Source: a bacterium
Lineage (GTDB): Bacteria; Chloroflexota; Limnocylindria; Limnocylindrales; Limnocylindraceae
DNA length: 54,758 nt
Assembly: GCA_037128565.1 (NCBI GenBank)
Contig: JBAXWE010000001.1
Coordinates: 1 to 54,758 of the forward strand
Reading direction: 5' to 3'
Shown here: positions 19,218 to 27,424 of the stretch, piece by piece
How the letters are laid out: every line of letters starts with the position of its first letter
How positions within the stretch are numbered: the stretch's first letter is position 1
Program-made: the position numbers and the translations under genes
The notes under the pieces: model-generated
Databases searched by the model: none
Told to the model about the DNA's origin: nothing
Seen by the model: the letters and a program-made list of their open reading frames with translations, nothing else

Positions 19218-20308
19218 CGGGTCACCCCCTTCTTCGTCGGTCGAGACTTCTTAGCTACTGGCGCTTTGCGCTTTTCCGTAGCGGTGCCGTCGAGCACCTG
19301 CTTTGTGCGAATGCAGCGAACCAGGCGCCCATCATTGAGCGGCTCAAGCGGTGGCACGGCGGTGGTGCAGGCGGTAATGGCGTAACGGCAGCGTGGGGCG
19401 AATCGGCAGCCATTCGGGAAGGCGTCTGGTGACGGCACCATGCCGGTGATGGTGTTCAGCTTCTTGCCACGCGCGGCGAATGAAGGGATTGAGGTGACAA
19501 GGTCGCGCGTGTACGGACTCGCCGGCTCGCGTAGGACGTTTGCCGCCTTGCCGGTCTCAACGATTTGACCGGCGTACATCACGGCGATGCGGTCGGCGGT
19601 TTCGGCAACGACACCAAGGTCATGTGTAATGAGCAGGAGTGCGGCACCGCGCTCGGTGGTGGTGCGGCGCAACAGATCAAGGACCTGCGCCTGGATCGTG
19701 ACGTCAAGAGCGGTGGTCGGCTCGTCGGCAATGATCATCGACGGCTCGCCCGAGAGGGCCATGGCGATCATGGCGCGCTGTCGCATGCCGCCTGAGAGCT
19801 GGTGTGGGTACTGCTTGGCGCGCTGATCTGGCTGGGAGATCTCGACTTGCTCGAGGTAGCCGATCGCAAGCTTGTGCGCCTCTTTCCAGGCTAATTTTCG
19901 GTGGGCAACGATCACTTCGGCGATCTGCTCGCCAATGGTTATGACGGGGTTAAGTGCCGAGAGTGGTTCTTGGAAGATCACGCCGATCCCACCGCCGCGA
20001 ATTGGGCGCAGCTCGTCTTCGCTCAGACCGACGAGTTCGCGGCCCTTGAATTTGATCGAACCTTCGATGATTGCCTGCTTGCGGCTGAGCAGCGAGATGA
20101 TCGCCATTGCGGAGACGGTCTTGCCCGAGCCTGACTCACCAACAATCGCCAGGCACTCACCAGCATCCAGGTCGAAGGAGACACCATCAACAACCTTGAG
20201 GATGCCGCGGCTGGTGCGGAAGCTGATCGCGAGATCCTCCACCGTAAGTAGTGGTGCGGTTGAAGCCGAGGCGCGCTTGTTGACGGCGCTCTTCTTCACG
20301 GCGCTCAC
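19214..20308 (-). CDS. Oligopeptide/dipeptide ABC transporter ATP-binding protein (OppD/DppD-like) with basic termini
   Basis: GESGSGKTV, LSGGMRQR, IADEPTTALD and NGCRFAPRCRYA. 4-nt overlaps with both neighbours. Confidence 0.9.
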   Translation of the reverse strand: MSAVKKSAVNKRASASTAPLLTVEDLAISFRTSRGILKVVDGVSFDLDAGECLAIVGESGSGKTVSAMAIISLLSRKQAIIEGSIKFKGRELVGLSEDELRPIRGGGIGVIFQEPLSALNPVITIGEQIAEVIVAHRKLAWKEAHKLAIGYLEQVEISQPDQRAKQYPHQLSGGMRQRAMIAMALSGEPSMIIADEPTTALDVTIQAQVLDLLRRTTTERGAALLLITHDLGVVAETADRIAVMYAGQIVETGKAANVLREPASPYTRDLVTSIPSFAARGKKLNTITGMVPSPDAFPNGCRFAPRCRYAITACTTAVPPLEPLNDGRLVRCIRTKQVLDGTATEKRKAPVAKKSRPTKKGVTR

Positions 20309-21225
20309 GATCGTCGACCCTCCGGCTCAAGGCTCTCACGGAGTGCGTCGCCAATCATGTTCACGGAGAGCGAGGTCATGATGATGAAGAGGCCCGGGAA
20401 TCCGAGCCACCACCAGTTCCCCTGCAACAGGAAGTCTTCAGCGTTTGAGAGCATGTTCCCCCAGGTTGGGGTGAGGGCAGAGACGCCGAAGCCGAGGTAG
20501 CTAATGAAGGCCTCGCCGATGATGGCGCCACCCACGGCAAATGGGAACGAGACGACGACAGGGCCAATGGCGTTCGGCAGCACATGTCGTACAGCGATGC
20601 GAATTGGGCGTACGCCGAGTGCTCGCGCCGCTTCAATGAACTCCATCTCGCGCAGGGCGAGCACTTGTCCGCGGACGAGGCGCGCAATGCCCATCCATCC
20701 GAAGACGATGAACACGATGATGACAGTCTGGAGTCCGGTGCCACCAAGGGCGCTGAGGATCTTCGCTCCGACGATGATCACAAAGAGGCTTGGGATAGCG
20801 AGGAAGACATCAACGACACGCATGAGGAACGAGTCGAGCCGCCCGCCAAAGTAGCCCGCAATGATGCCGACAAGGGTGCCGATCGTAATAGATCCGACCG
20901 CCGCGGCAAAACCAATAAAGAGTGAGGCTCGGCCTCCGTTGACGACGAGCATGAAGACATCGAGCTGCAGCTGCGCCGTTTCGCCAAAGATGTGTTCGGC
21001 CGAAGGGCCGCGCCCGAGGAAGACGAATTCACTCGGCTTGGGAATCTCACCCACGTGATACGGGGCGAAGAAGGGTCCAACCACAACAAGGAAGAAGATG
21101 AAACCGAGGATGGCGAGACCCCACGGGCCCTGGCGACCGGCGAAGAAGCGCCTGCGCGCCTGCGTCCAAGGGCTCTCGGCCTTCTGCGCCTTGGTTGCCT
21201 TGGTGGCGCGTGCCGCCGCGGTCAC
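20305..21225 (-). CDS. Peptide ABC transporter permease (OppC/DppC-like)
   Basis: EAA-loop region FIEAARALGVRPIRIAVRHVLPNA; 6 TM segments. Confidence 0.88.
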   Translation of the reverse strand: MTAAARATKATKAQKAESPWTQARRRFFAGRQGPWGLAILGFIFFLVVVGPFFAPYHVGEIPKPSEFVFLGRGPSAEHIFGETAQLQLDVFMLVVNGGRASLFIGFAAAVGSITIGTLVGIIAGYFGGRLDSFLMRVVDVFLAIPSLFVIIVGAKILSALGGTGLQTVIIVFIVFGWMGIARLVRGQVLALREMEFIEAARALGVRPIRIAVRHVLPNAIGPVVVSFPFAVGGAIIGEAFISYLGFGVSALTPTWGNMLSNAEDFLLQGNWWWLGFPGLFIIMTSLSVNMIGDALRESLEPEGRRS

Positions 21226-22316
21226 AGGCGCACCCGCGGATCCAGTACGGCGTAGAGCAGGTCAGAGATGAGGTTGCCGATCACCACCATCAGCGAGCCG
21301 ATCAGTAGGATCGCCATCAGTACGGGGTAATCCAGCTGATTCGTCGCGAGAAGGGTCAGTCGACCAACGCCTGGCCACGAAAAGATCGTTTCAGTAATGA
21401 GCGCGCCGCCGAAGAGGAAGGGGAAGGCGAGCCCGAGGTTCGTTGCAAATGGCACGAGCGCGGTGCGCAGCGTGTGCCGGAAGATGACTCGTCGTGAAGA
21501 GAGCCCCTTCGCCCGCGCAGTCCGCACATGCTCGGCGCTGAGCGAATCAATGACGGAGGCACGGACGTAGCGTGAGTCGCCCGCAACGCTAATGATGACG
21601 AGCGTTGAGACAGGCAGGATCAAGTGGCGGGCCAGGTCGACGATGGCGGTCAAGGGTGCCGCGGCCAGGTATTGCCAGTAGGCGTCGCTACCGAACGCAG
21701 GGGAGAGCCGCCCATCGGTCATGCCGCTCACTGGCGTCAGCCCGAGCGTGACAGCAAAGATCCAGATCATCATGAAGCCGAGGATGAACGTGGGGAAGGT
21801 TGAGCTGACGTACGTGACGGTGGTTACCGCATTATCGAACCTCGTTCCGGCACGAAGGCCCGTCCAAACACCGAGGAGCACAGCGAGGCTGAGCCAGATG
21901 ACAATCGAGAGGCCGGCGAGGATGAGTGTTGGGAGTGCGGCCGCCGCGATCAGGTCGCCGACGTTCTCACCATTGGCGTAGGAATAGCCGAGCTCACCGT
22001 GCAAGATGCCGGTGTAGATGCCGGAGAGCCCGCTGGGGAGGAAGGTCGGCAGACCGGTGGGGCCGACGAGGGCATCGAGGCCGTCCTTGTCGCGGCGGCA
22101 GGCGCCGAGCCAGCGGCAGTACTGCACAGGCACCGGCTTATCGAGGCCGAGCGACTGAAGGTAGCCCTCTTTCTGTGCCTGGGTGTACTTCGGATTCTCG
22201 GCAAACTTCTGCTCTGGGCCACCTGGCGCAGCGAGAATCAGCGCATAGATGAGCACGCTCGAACCGAGCATGATCCCTATCCCGAGCGCGATTCTGCGGA
22301 GCGCGTATTTGATCAT
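21222..22316 (-). CDS. Peptide ABC transporter permease (OppB/DppB-like)
   Basis: N-terminal MIKYALRRI, YVRTARAKGLSSRRVIFRHTLR EAA loop, and an extended first periplasmic loop containing Cys residues. Confidence 0.88.
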   Translation of the reverse strand: MIKYALRRIALGIGIMLGSSVLIYALILAAPGGPEQKFAENPKYTQAQKEGYLQSLGLDKPVPVQYCRWLGACRRDKDGLDALVGPTGLPTFLPSGLSGIYTGILHGELGYSYANGENVGDLIAAAALPTLILAGLSIVIWLSLAVLLGVWTGLRAGTRFDNAVTTVTYVSSTFPTFILGFMMIWIFAVTLGLTPVSGMTDGRLSPAFGSDAYWQYLAAAPLTAIVDLARHLILPVSTLVIISVAGDSRYVRASVIDSLSAEHVRTARAKGLSSRRVIFRHTLRTALVPFATNLGLAFPFLFGGALITETIFSWPGVGRLTLLATNQLDYPVLMAILLIGSLMVVIGNLISDLLYAVLDPRVRL

Positions 22317-22353
22317 TGGCCGACCTTTCTACGGGTCTGATTTTCAGGGAGTG

Positions 22354-22387
22354 TAGCCCTCAGCCTACCCGATCGCTAGGAGGGCTA
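22354..22387 (-). promoter_or_regulatory. Intercistronic stem-loop (8-bp stem TAGCCCTC/GAGGGCTA)
   Basis: Inverted repeat read directly, between the SBP gene stop and the first permease start. Confidence 0.35.
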
Positions 22388-22392
22388 GATAG

Positions 22393-22437
22393 CACTCGCC
22401 GCGAGGCCCTCCCGAAGGAGGATCCTCGCGGCGAGTG
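22393..22437 (-). promoter_or_regulatory. Large intercistronic stem-loop (14-bp perfect stem CACTCGCCGCGAGG/CCTCGCGGCGAGTG extended by CCTCC/GGAGG)
   Basis: Read directly. It sits 34 nt downstream of the SBP stop, inside the operon. The position is typical of mRNA-stabilising or attenuating hairpins that uncouple SBP and permease expression. Confidence 0.5.
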
Positions 22438-22470
22438 TGGTTTCTACCGCTGTAGAACCCCTAAGCGCTC

Positions 22471-24270
22471 TTAGTTCGCAGCTGCGACGTCAAGCTCATA
22501 GGCGTTCCAGATTGGGCCCCATGCCTGGTGGGCAAGGTACCCGGAAACGTTCTGCGAAACCAGGGTGATGTCGAGCCAGTAGTGGAGCGGAATCACGACG
22601 GTGTTTGCCGTCATGATGTCCTGCACCTCATACATGAGGGCCTTCTGCTCTTCGACGTCCACCGAGGTCTTGATGGCCTCGAGCTTCGCGTCTAGGTCTG
22701 GAAGGTTCACGAACTGGTCGTTACCACCACCGTTCACTTCGGTCTGGCTCGAGTGGTACGAGTCGTACCCGCTCGGCTCAACCGAGGTGATGCCGAAGGC
22801 GTGCAGCGCAACGTCATACGAGCCCTGCGCCAGGTTGCACTTCGTGTTTGGCGGCGTATCCGTCAACGTGCCGAAGAGCGTGCCTGAGCCGACCTGGTCG
22901 ACGATCCCCTTGATGCCCACTTCCTTCAGGGCTGCGACGAGCAGCTGAAGGGTGGCGCCACGGGTCGGCTTCATCGTGGTGCAGAAGTCGATGATGGCCT
23001 CTTGCTTCTTGCCATCAATAACCTTGTCCACGATGCCGTTGTTGTTTGTGTCTACCCAGCCGCCGGCTGCAAGAGCTGCCTTGGCAGCATCTGCACCGTG
23101 AGCTGGAATGTTCGCGGACTCGTCCTTGTAGAAGAAGAAGGCTGGGAGTTCGACGTTTGTGGCGACGAATCCTGTGCCGTTCTGCACCTGGGCAAGGTAG
23201 CCCTCGCGGTCAACCATGCTGGCGATTGCCTGGCGAATTGCCAGGTCCGAGGCCGGGCACCCACCACCGCGCGCCGCGCGGGTTGGGAGCGCGCCATCAA
23301 CGTCTGCCTCGGCGGGAGCCCCGTCGCTGCAGACCGTCTTGGAGAAGTTCGGGCGAAGGAACTCAACCGTGAACGCAGGCAGAGTCATCTGCTCGGCGCC
23401 GAGGTCCTTGGTTGGTGCGTACTGGCTGCCGTCAAGGTCGGTGACCATGTCAAGCTCGCCAGCGCGGAACTTCGCAGTACAAGTTGCAGGCGAACCGCAC
23501 ACGACGTACTTGAGTCGTGCAAGCTTCGCCGACTTGCCGTTGCGAGGGTCCTTCCAATATGGGTTGCGAACGATCACCGTCTCGACACCGGTCGTGCGGC
23601 TCTCGTACTTGAATGCACCACTGGTTGGAACGTTTGGCAGGTCCTTGGTGCGGTAGCCCGCGCCCAAGAGCATGTCAGTCGAGACGTCGGTGGCAGGGTT
23701 TCCGCCAACAACGCTACCAACGGTGAACTTGCTGAAGTAGTGCTTTGGCGCAACGGCCGGACCGTACTTCAGGTTCTGATAGATCTTCGAATAGTGCACA
23801 GTCATGGTGCTGCCGTTGCAGTCGATGGCCGAGATGTCCTCGGTGCCGACCTTGGAAACAGCAGTGTTCTTTGGATCCATGATCCACTCGCGCGCGTACT
23901 GATAGTCGGCGCAGGTGAGATCAACTCCGTCAGACCACTTCCACGAGCGGAGCTTCCAGGTGACGGTTGCGGCATCGCCGCTCACGCCAGGAACCTGAAT
24001 GCCGCCGTTGGCCTTTGATGGAGCCTCTTCGGCCATCCATGGCTCGAGCTCAAGCTTCTCGTTGAGTCGAAGCAGACCATCGTGTGTGGCGCCGACGATG
24101 TTCGACGACATCACGGTGCTGTAGAAGAATGGGTTCAGCGAGTCCGCGTCCTGATAGTCACCGATGAGCAGCGTTGCTCCCGTGACCGTCGAACCGGTCG
24201 ACCCGCCGCATGCCCCGGCAACAATTGCGGCAGCGACCGCAAAGGTTGCGAGTAGCGACCTCTTTCGCAT
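22471..24270 (-). CDS. Peptide ABC transporter substrate-binding protein (family 5, OppA/DppA-like), probable lipoprotein
   Basis: Start moved to ATG 24270 (MRKRSLLATFAVAAAIVAGACGG, a signal peptide plus Cys) with GGAGGAAACAC upstream. Size and the operon context with four Opp-type genes support the call. Confidence 0.85.
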   Translation of the reverse strand: MRKRSLLATFAVAAAIVAGACGGSTGSTVTGATLLIGDYQDADSLNPFFYSTVMSSNIVGATHDGLLRLNEKLELEPWMAEEAPSKANGGIQVPGVSGDAATVTWKLRSWKWSDGVDLTCADYQYAREWIMDPKNTAVSKVGTEDISAIDCNGSTMTVHYSKIYQNLKYGPAVAPKHYFSKFTVGSVVGGNPATDVSTDMLLGAGYRTKDLPNVPTSGAFKYESRTTGVETVIVRNPYWKDPRNGKSAKLARLKYVVCGSPATCTAKFRAGELDMVTDLDGSQYAPTKDLGAEQMTLPAFTVEFLRPNFSKTVCSDGAPAEADVDGALPTRAARGGGCPASDLAIRQAIASMVDREGYLAQVQNGTGFVATNVELPAFFFYKDESANIPAHGADAAKAALAAGGWVDTNNNGIVDKVIDGKKQEAIIDFCTTMKPTRGATLQLLVAALKEVGIKGIVDQVGSGTLFGTLTDTPPNTKCNLAQGSYDVALHAFGITSVEPSGYDSYHSSQTEVNGGGNDQFVNLPDLDAKLEAIKTSVDVEEQKALMYEVQDIMTANTVVIPLHYWLDITLVSQNVSGYLAHQAWGPIWNAYELDVAAAN

Positions 24271-24412
24271 GTGTTTCCTCCTTATCGGCCCCCAACAGGG
24301 TCGCCGTTCAGACTTGAAGCGCAATCTGCGCTTGGCGGAATCCTATCCGATACAGGGAGGGGAATACCAGAGGGGGAGCGCAGGGTGAAGCGTGCCTGTC
24401 GTGGGTCAATTG

Positions 24413-25069
24413 TTACGGCTGGAGGCGGCGGCTCTCCCAGGGGCCCACGGGGGTGGCTCGGAGGTACTCGAAGCGGTCGTGGAGGCGGTGCTCGCCCCCC
24501 TGCCAGAACTCCCAGCGAGCGGGGGTGACGCGATAGCCACCCCAGTGCGGTGGAAGGGGAGGCATGGCTGCGGGGGTGGGGGCCTGACTGGCGTTCGCCG
24601 CGATGAAGGCTGCCTCCAGTGCCGCTCGATCCGCGATCGGCTCTCCCTGGGCGCTCGCCCATGCGGCCAGCTGGCTCTCGCGCGGGCGACTGGCGAAGTA
24701 GGCGGCTGACGCAGCCTCAGGGAGGCGGGTCACCGATCCAGAGAGGCGCACCTGGCGCTCGAGGGTCGGCCACCAGAGGGTGAGCGCCGCCGCTGGCCGG
24801 GCGGCCAGGTCGCGGCCCTTACGACTCCCGTGGTTCGTATAGAAGTCGATCCCCTCAGGGCCAATGCCACGAATCAGGATCATGCGGACGCTCGGGTTCC
24901 CCGCGTCGTCGGCGGTGGCCAGGGCGGCGGCGAGCGGCTCGGGGACCTGCTGGGCGATCGCCTCGTTGACCCAGCGGTGGAACTGGTCAACCGGGTCAGG
25001 AAGAAGGTCGCTGGCGTCGAGGCGGTCGCGCTGGTAACTCGAGCGATTACCGAGCGGCTGACTGCTCAC
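24413..25069 (-). CDS. pdxH: Pyridoxamine 5'-phosphate oxidase
   Basis: RMILIRGIGPEGIDFYTNHGSRKGRDL, LERQVRLSG, and C-terminal WGGYRVTPARWEFWQGGEHRLHDR. Confidence 0.9.
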   Translation of the reverse strand: MSSQPLGNRSSYQRDRLDASDLLPDPVDQFHRWVNEAIAQQVPEPLAAALATADDAGNPSVRMILIRGIGPEGIDFYTNHGSRKGRDLAARPAAALTLWWPTLERQVRLSGSVTRLPEAASAAYFASRPRESQLAAWASAQGEPIADRAALEAAFIAANASQAPTPAAMPPLPPHWGGYRVTPARWEFWQGGEHRLHDRFEYLRATPVGPWESRRLQP

Positions 25070-25074
25070 GGTTG

Positions 25075-25767
25075 TCAGGCGAGTCCGGCCGGCGCCTCGA
25101 GTCGCGACTTCAGGTCGCCGAGGAAGGCCGCAACGAGTGCACCATCGACGGCACGGTGGTCGGCGGAGAGCGTTGCGGTCAACATGGTGCGCGCCACCAC
25201 GGCACCGTCGCGCACCACGGCGCGCGACTCACTTCGCCCCGTCGCCAAGATAGCAACCTGCGGCGGCGTGACGATCGCGGTGAACTGCGTCACCGGAAAT
25301 GAACCGAGGTTCGAAAGCGTGAAGGTCTGCTCGGTGAATTCTGCAGGGCGCAACTTGCCAATTTTGGTGCGCGCGACGAGGTCACGCAGCTCCGTTGAAA
25401 TGGTGGTGAGATCTTTTGCTGCGCAATCAAGGAGTGCTGGCGCGACGAGGCCATCGGGAATCGCAATCGCGATGCCGATGTTGATCGGCGTGGAGCGCTC
25501 GAGTGCCTCGCCCTCCCATACCGCGTTGAGTGCCGGATAGGCGGCGAGCGATTGCGCAAGCGCGCGAACCAGCCATGCGGTCAAGGTGACGCGATCGTCA
25601 CCAGTGCGTCCGGCGTTCATCGCCTCGTTGGCGGCAACGACCGCATCCATCTCGATGTCGGTTGAGACATAGAAGTGTGGTGCCTTTGATTTCGATTCGA
25701 CCATGCGACGGCTGATCGCCGTGCGCATCGGTGTGAACTCAACGGGGGTTCGCCCTGGCTTCGGCAT
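25075..25767 (-). CDS. 2-oxoacid dehydrogenase E2 acyltransferase, catalytic domain only
   Basis: PMRTAISRRMVESKSKAPHFY start of the catalytic domain and the active-site motif SADHRAVDGA. No lipoyl or E3-binding domain occurs in this ORF. Confidence 0.8.
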   Translation of the reverse strand: MPKPGRTPVEFTPMRTAISRRMVESKSKAPHFYVSTDIEMDAVVAANEAMNAGRTGDDRVTLTAWLVRALAQSLAAYPALNAVWEGEALERSTPINIGIAIAIPDGLVAPALLDCAAKDLTTISTELRDLVARTKIGKLRPAEFTEQTFTLSNLGSFPVTQFTAIVTPPQVAILATGRSESRAVVRDGAVVARTMLTATLSADHRAVDGALVAAFLGDLKSRLEAPAGLA

Positions 25768-25780
25768 GCGCGGGTTCGGT

Positions 25781-26023
25781 TTACTTGCCGTCTTCGACGT
25801 AGGCGATCACGGCGCCAACGGCGACTTCGGCGCCAGCGGCGTGCACGATCTCCACAAGAGTTCCCGCCGTTGGGGCCTCGAACTCGACGGTGGCCTTCTC
25901 GGTCTCAAGCTCGCCGATCGGCTGGCCCGCGGTCACGGTGTCGCCAACCTTCGCCGTCCAGGCGCCGATCTTGCCGACCTCGCTGTCGTAACCGAGACGG
26001 GGCATCTCTACTGGTACGCGCAT
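25781..26023 (-). CDS. Stand-alone lipoyl-attachment domain protein (N-terminal piece of an E2)
   Basis: MPRLG...GDTVTAGQPIGELETEKATVEFEAP lipoyl-lysine motif. Start set to ATG 26023 after AAGGAGGG. Ends in TAA 13 nt before, and one frame off from, the catalytic-domain ORF. Confidence 0.75.
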   Translation of the reverse strand: MRVPVEMPRLGYDSEVGKIGAWTAKVGDTVTAGQPIGELETEKATVEFEAPTAGTLVEIVHAAGAEVAVGAVIAYVEDGK

Positions 26024-26110
26024 CGCATCCCTCCTTGGGCGGGCCACGGGCGGCTCGCACGCTCATGCCTCCCCACGAGGGGTGGCGTTGGGGTCAGTGT
26101 AGCCCTGCGT

Positions 26111-27424
26111 CTAGCGCTGTGAGTCGAAGGCCGCCTCGACGGGCATCTCTTCACCGTGGTGGATGCGCGTGGCCGTATTCCAATCGTCACCCACGTCGGC
26201 GGTTGCCGCCGCCACGAGGCGGAAGGCCCCCGTGACGATGAAGATCCCGACGTAGGTTGGGTAGGCAACCGGTAGGAGGGCGAGAACGAACACCCCGGCG
26301 AGCTGGCCAACGGCGAGCGCCCCCGCGGTGGTGGCACCGTAGGCCGACTGCGCACGAATCGATTCACCAGGTGCGGCGAGTCGTAGGACGCGCTCCTGCG
26401 CCGAGAGCATGCCGGCGGCGAACCCCACAGTAATGACGACGATCACGACGAGCAGCACCAGCGGCGCATACGGATTCCATGGGCCGGCGAGTGCCGATGA
26501 GGCCATGCCCACGCCGCGAACGACCAGTGAGATGCGATAGAGGCGACTCGCCGAGCCGCGTTCCAGCCAGTTACCAATAAGAATGGCGCCGACGAGGGCG
26601 GCAGCTGAGCCGATGGCCGACATGAGGATGGCGTACGCCGCATCCTGTTTCAGCACGACGATCGCGTACACCGATAGATATGGTGCGAATCCGGCACCGA
26701 CCGCCGAGATGATGTTGGTGCGGATGAAGCGGCGCACGGGCGTGGAGAGCGGACCAGAGGACGAGGCGCGACCCGCCGACACTGCGCCGGGCCGTGGCAG
26801 GCCGCGTAGTGCACGCAAGAAGAGGAGGCTTGCAATCAGTCCACCGATAAAGGCTGGCGCATAAATGAGGACGCCCCAGTCTTGTGCGCCCACGCGAACC
26901 AGCAGCGCGACTGGAACAAGGAGCACCGAGCCGAGCCCGAACTGAATGGCGAGGGCACGTGGGGCAACGAAGCGGCGCTCACGCTCAGGGAGGATGCGGC
27001 CGAACCAGGTCTGCACGTTGGCCCCCGCAATCGCCTGCGCGGTGGCGCCGACGCCAAATCCGATCGCGATCAGTCCGATGCCAGCGAGCGGCGGAAGTGC
27101 GCCGGCGGCAATCGCGATGACGACGGCGATATAGAGGATGGGTCGCAGGAGGCCCGCCGCACCGATCAGCAAGGTGAGCCGTCGCAGGTCGCCGCCGCTC
27201 TTGCGCAGAGCGGTCGGCATCAGCCCTTGCAGCATGCCGCCGACAAAGGGGAAGAGGCCGATCAGGGTCGCAAGGGCTGGTGATGCGCCGAGGGTAGTGA
27301 CGAGGGGGATCGAGAGGCTGTCACCGTTCAGGGCGACGGCGATGGCGTCGGAGATGGCGAGGGTGCGGAAGGCGGCGTAGCGGCCGGTGAGGAAGCGCCG
27401 CCAGTCGGCGATCGCCCTGCTCAC
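26111..27424 (-). CDS. MFS-like 12-TM membrane protein, last gene of the Zn-ribbon/nuclease-like triad
   Basis: Two blocks of 6 hydrophobic segments separated by a basic loop (RALRGLPRPGAVSAGRASSSGPLSTPVRRFIR). The GTG start overlaps the upstream stop (GTGA at 27421-27424). Confidence 0.65.
   Translation of the reverse strand: MSRAIADWRRFLTGRYAAFRTLAISDAIAVALNGDSLSIPLVTTLGASPALATLIGLFPFVGGMLQGLMPTALRKSGGDLRRLTLLIGAAGLLRPILYIAVVIAIAAGALPPLAGIGLIAIGFGVGATAQAIAGANVQTWFGRILPERERRFVAPRALAIQFGLGSVLLVPVALLVRVGAQDWGVLIYAPAFIGGLIASLLFLRALRGLPRPGAVSAGRASSSGPLSTPVRRFIRTNIISAVGAGFAPYLSVYAIVVLKQDAAYAILMSAIGSAAALVGAILIGNWLERGSASRLYRISLVVRGVGMASSALAGPWNPYAPLVLLVVIVVITVGFAAGMLSAQERVLRLAAPGESIRAQSAYGATTAGALAVGQLAGVFVLALLPVAYPTYVGIFIVTGAFRLVAAATADVGDDWNTATRIHHGEEMPVEAAFDSQR

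Noticed and set aside
25767-25795. Programmed +1 ribosomal frameshift (prfB-like) joining the two E2 pieces
   Set aside because: The junction GGC AAG TAA A has no slippery P-site codon that re-pairs in the +1 frame, and there is no upstream internal SD-like stimulator. An indel or a genuine split is more parsimonious.
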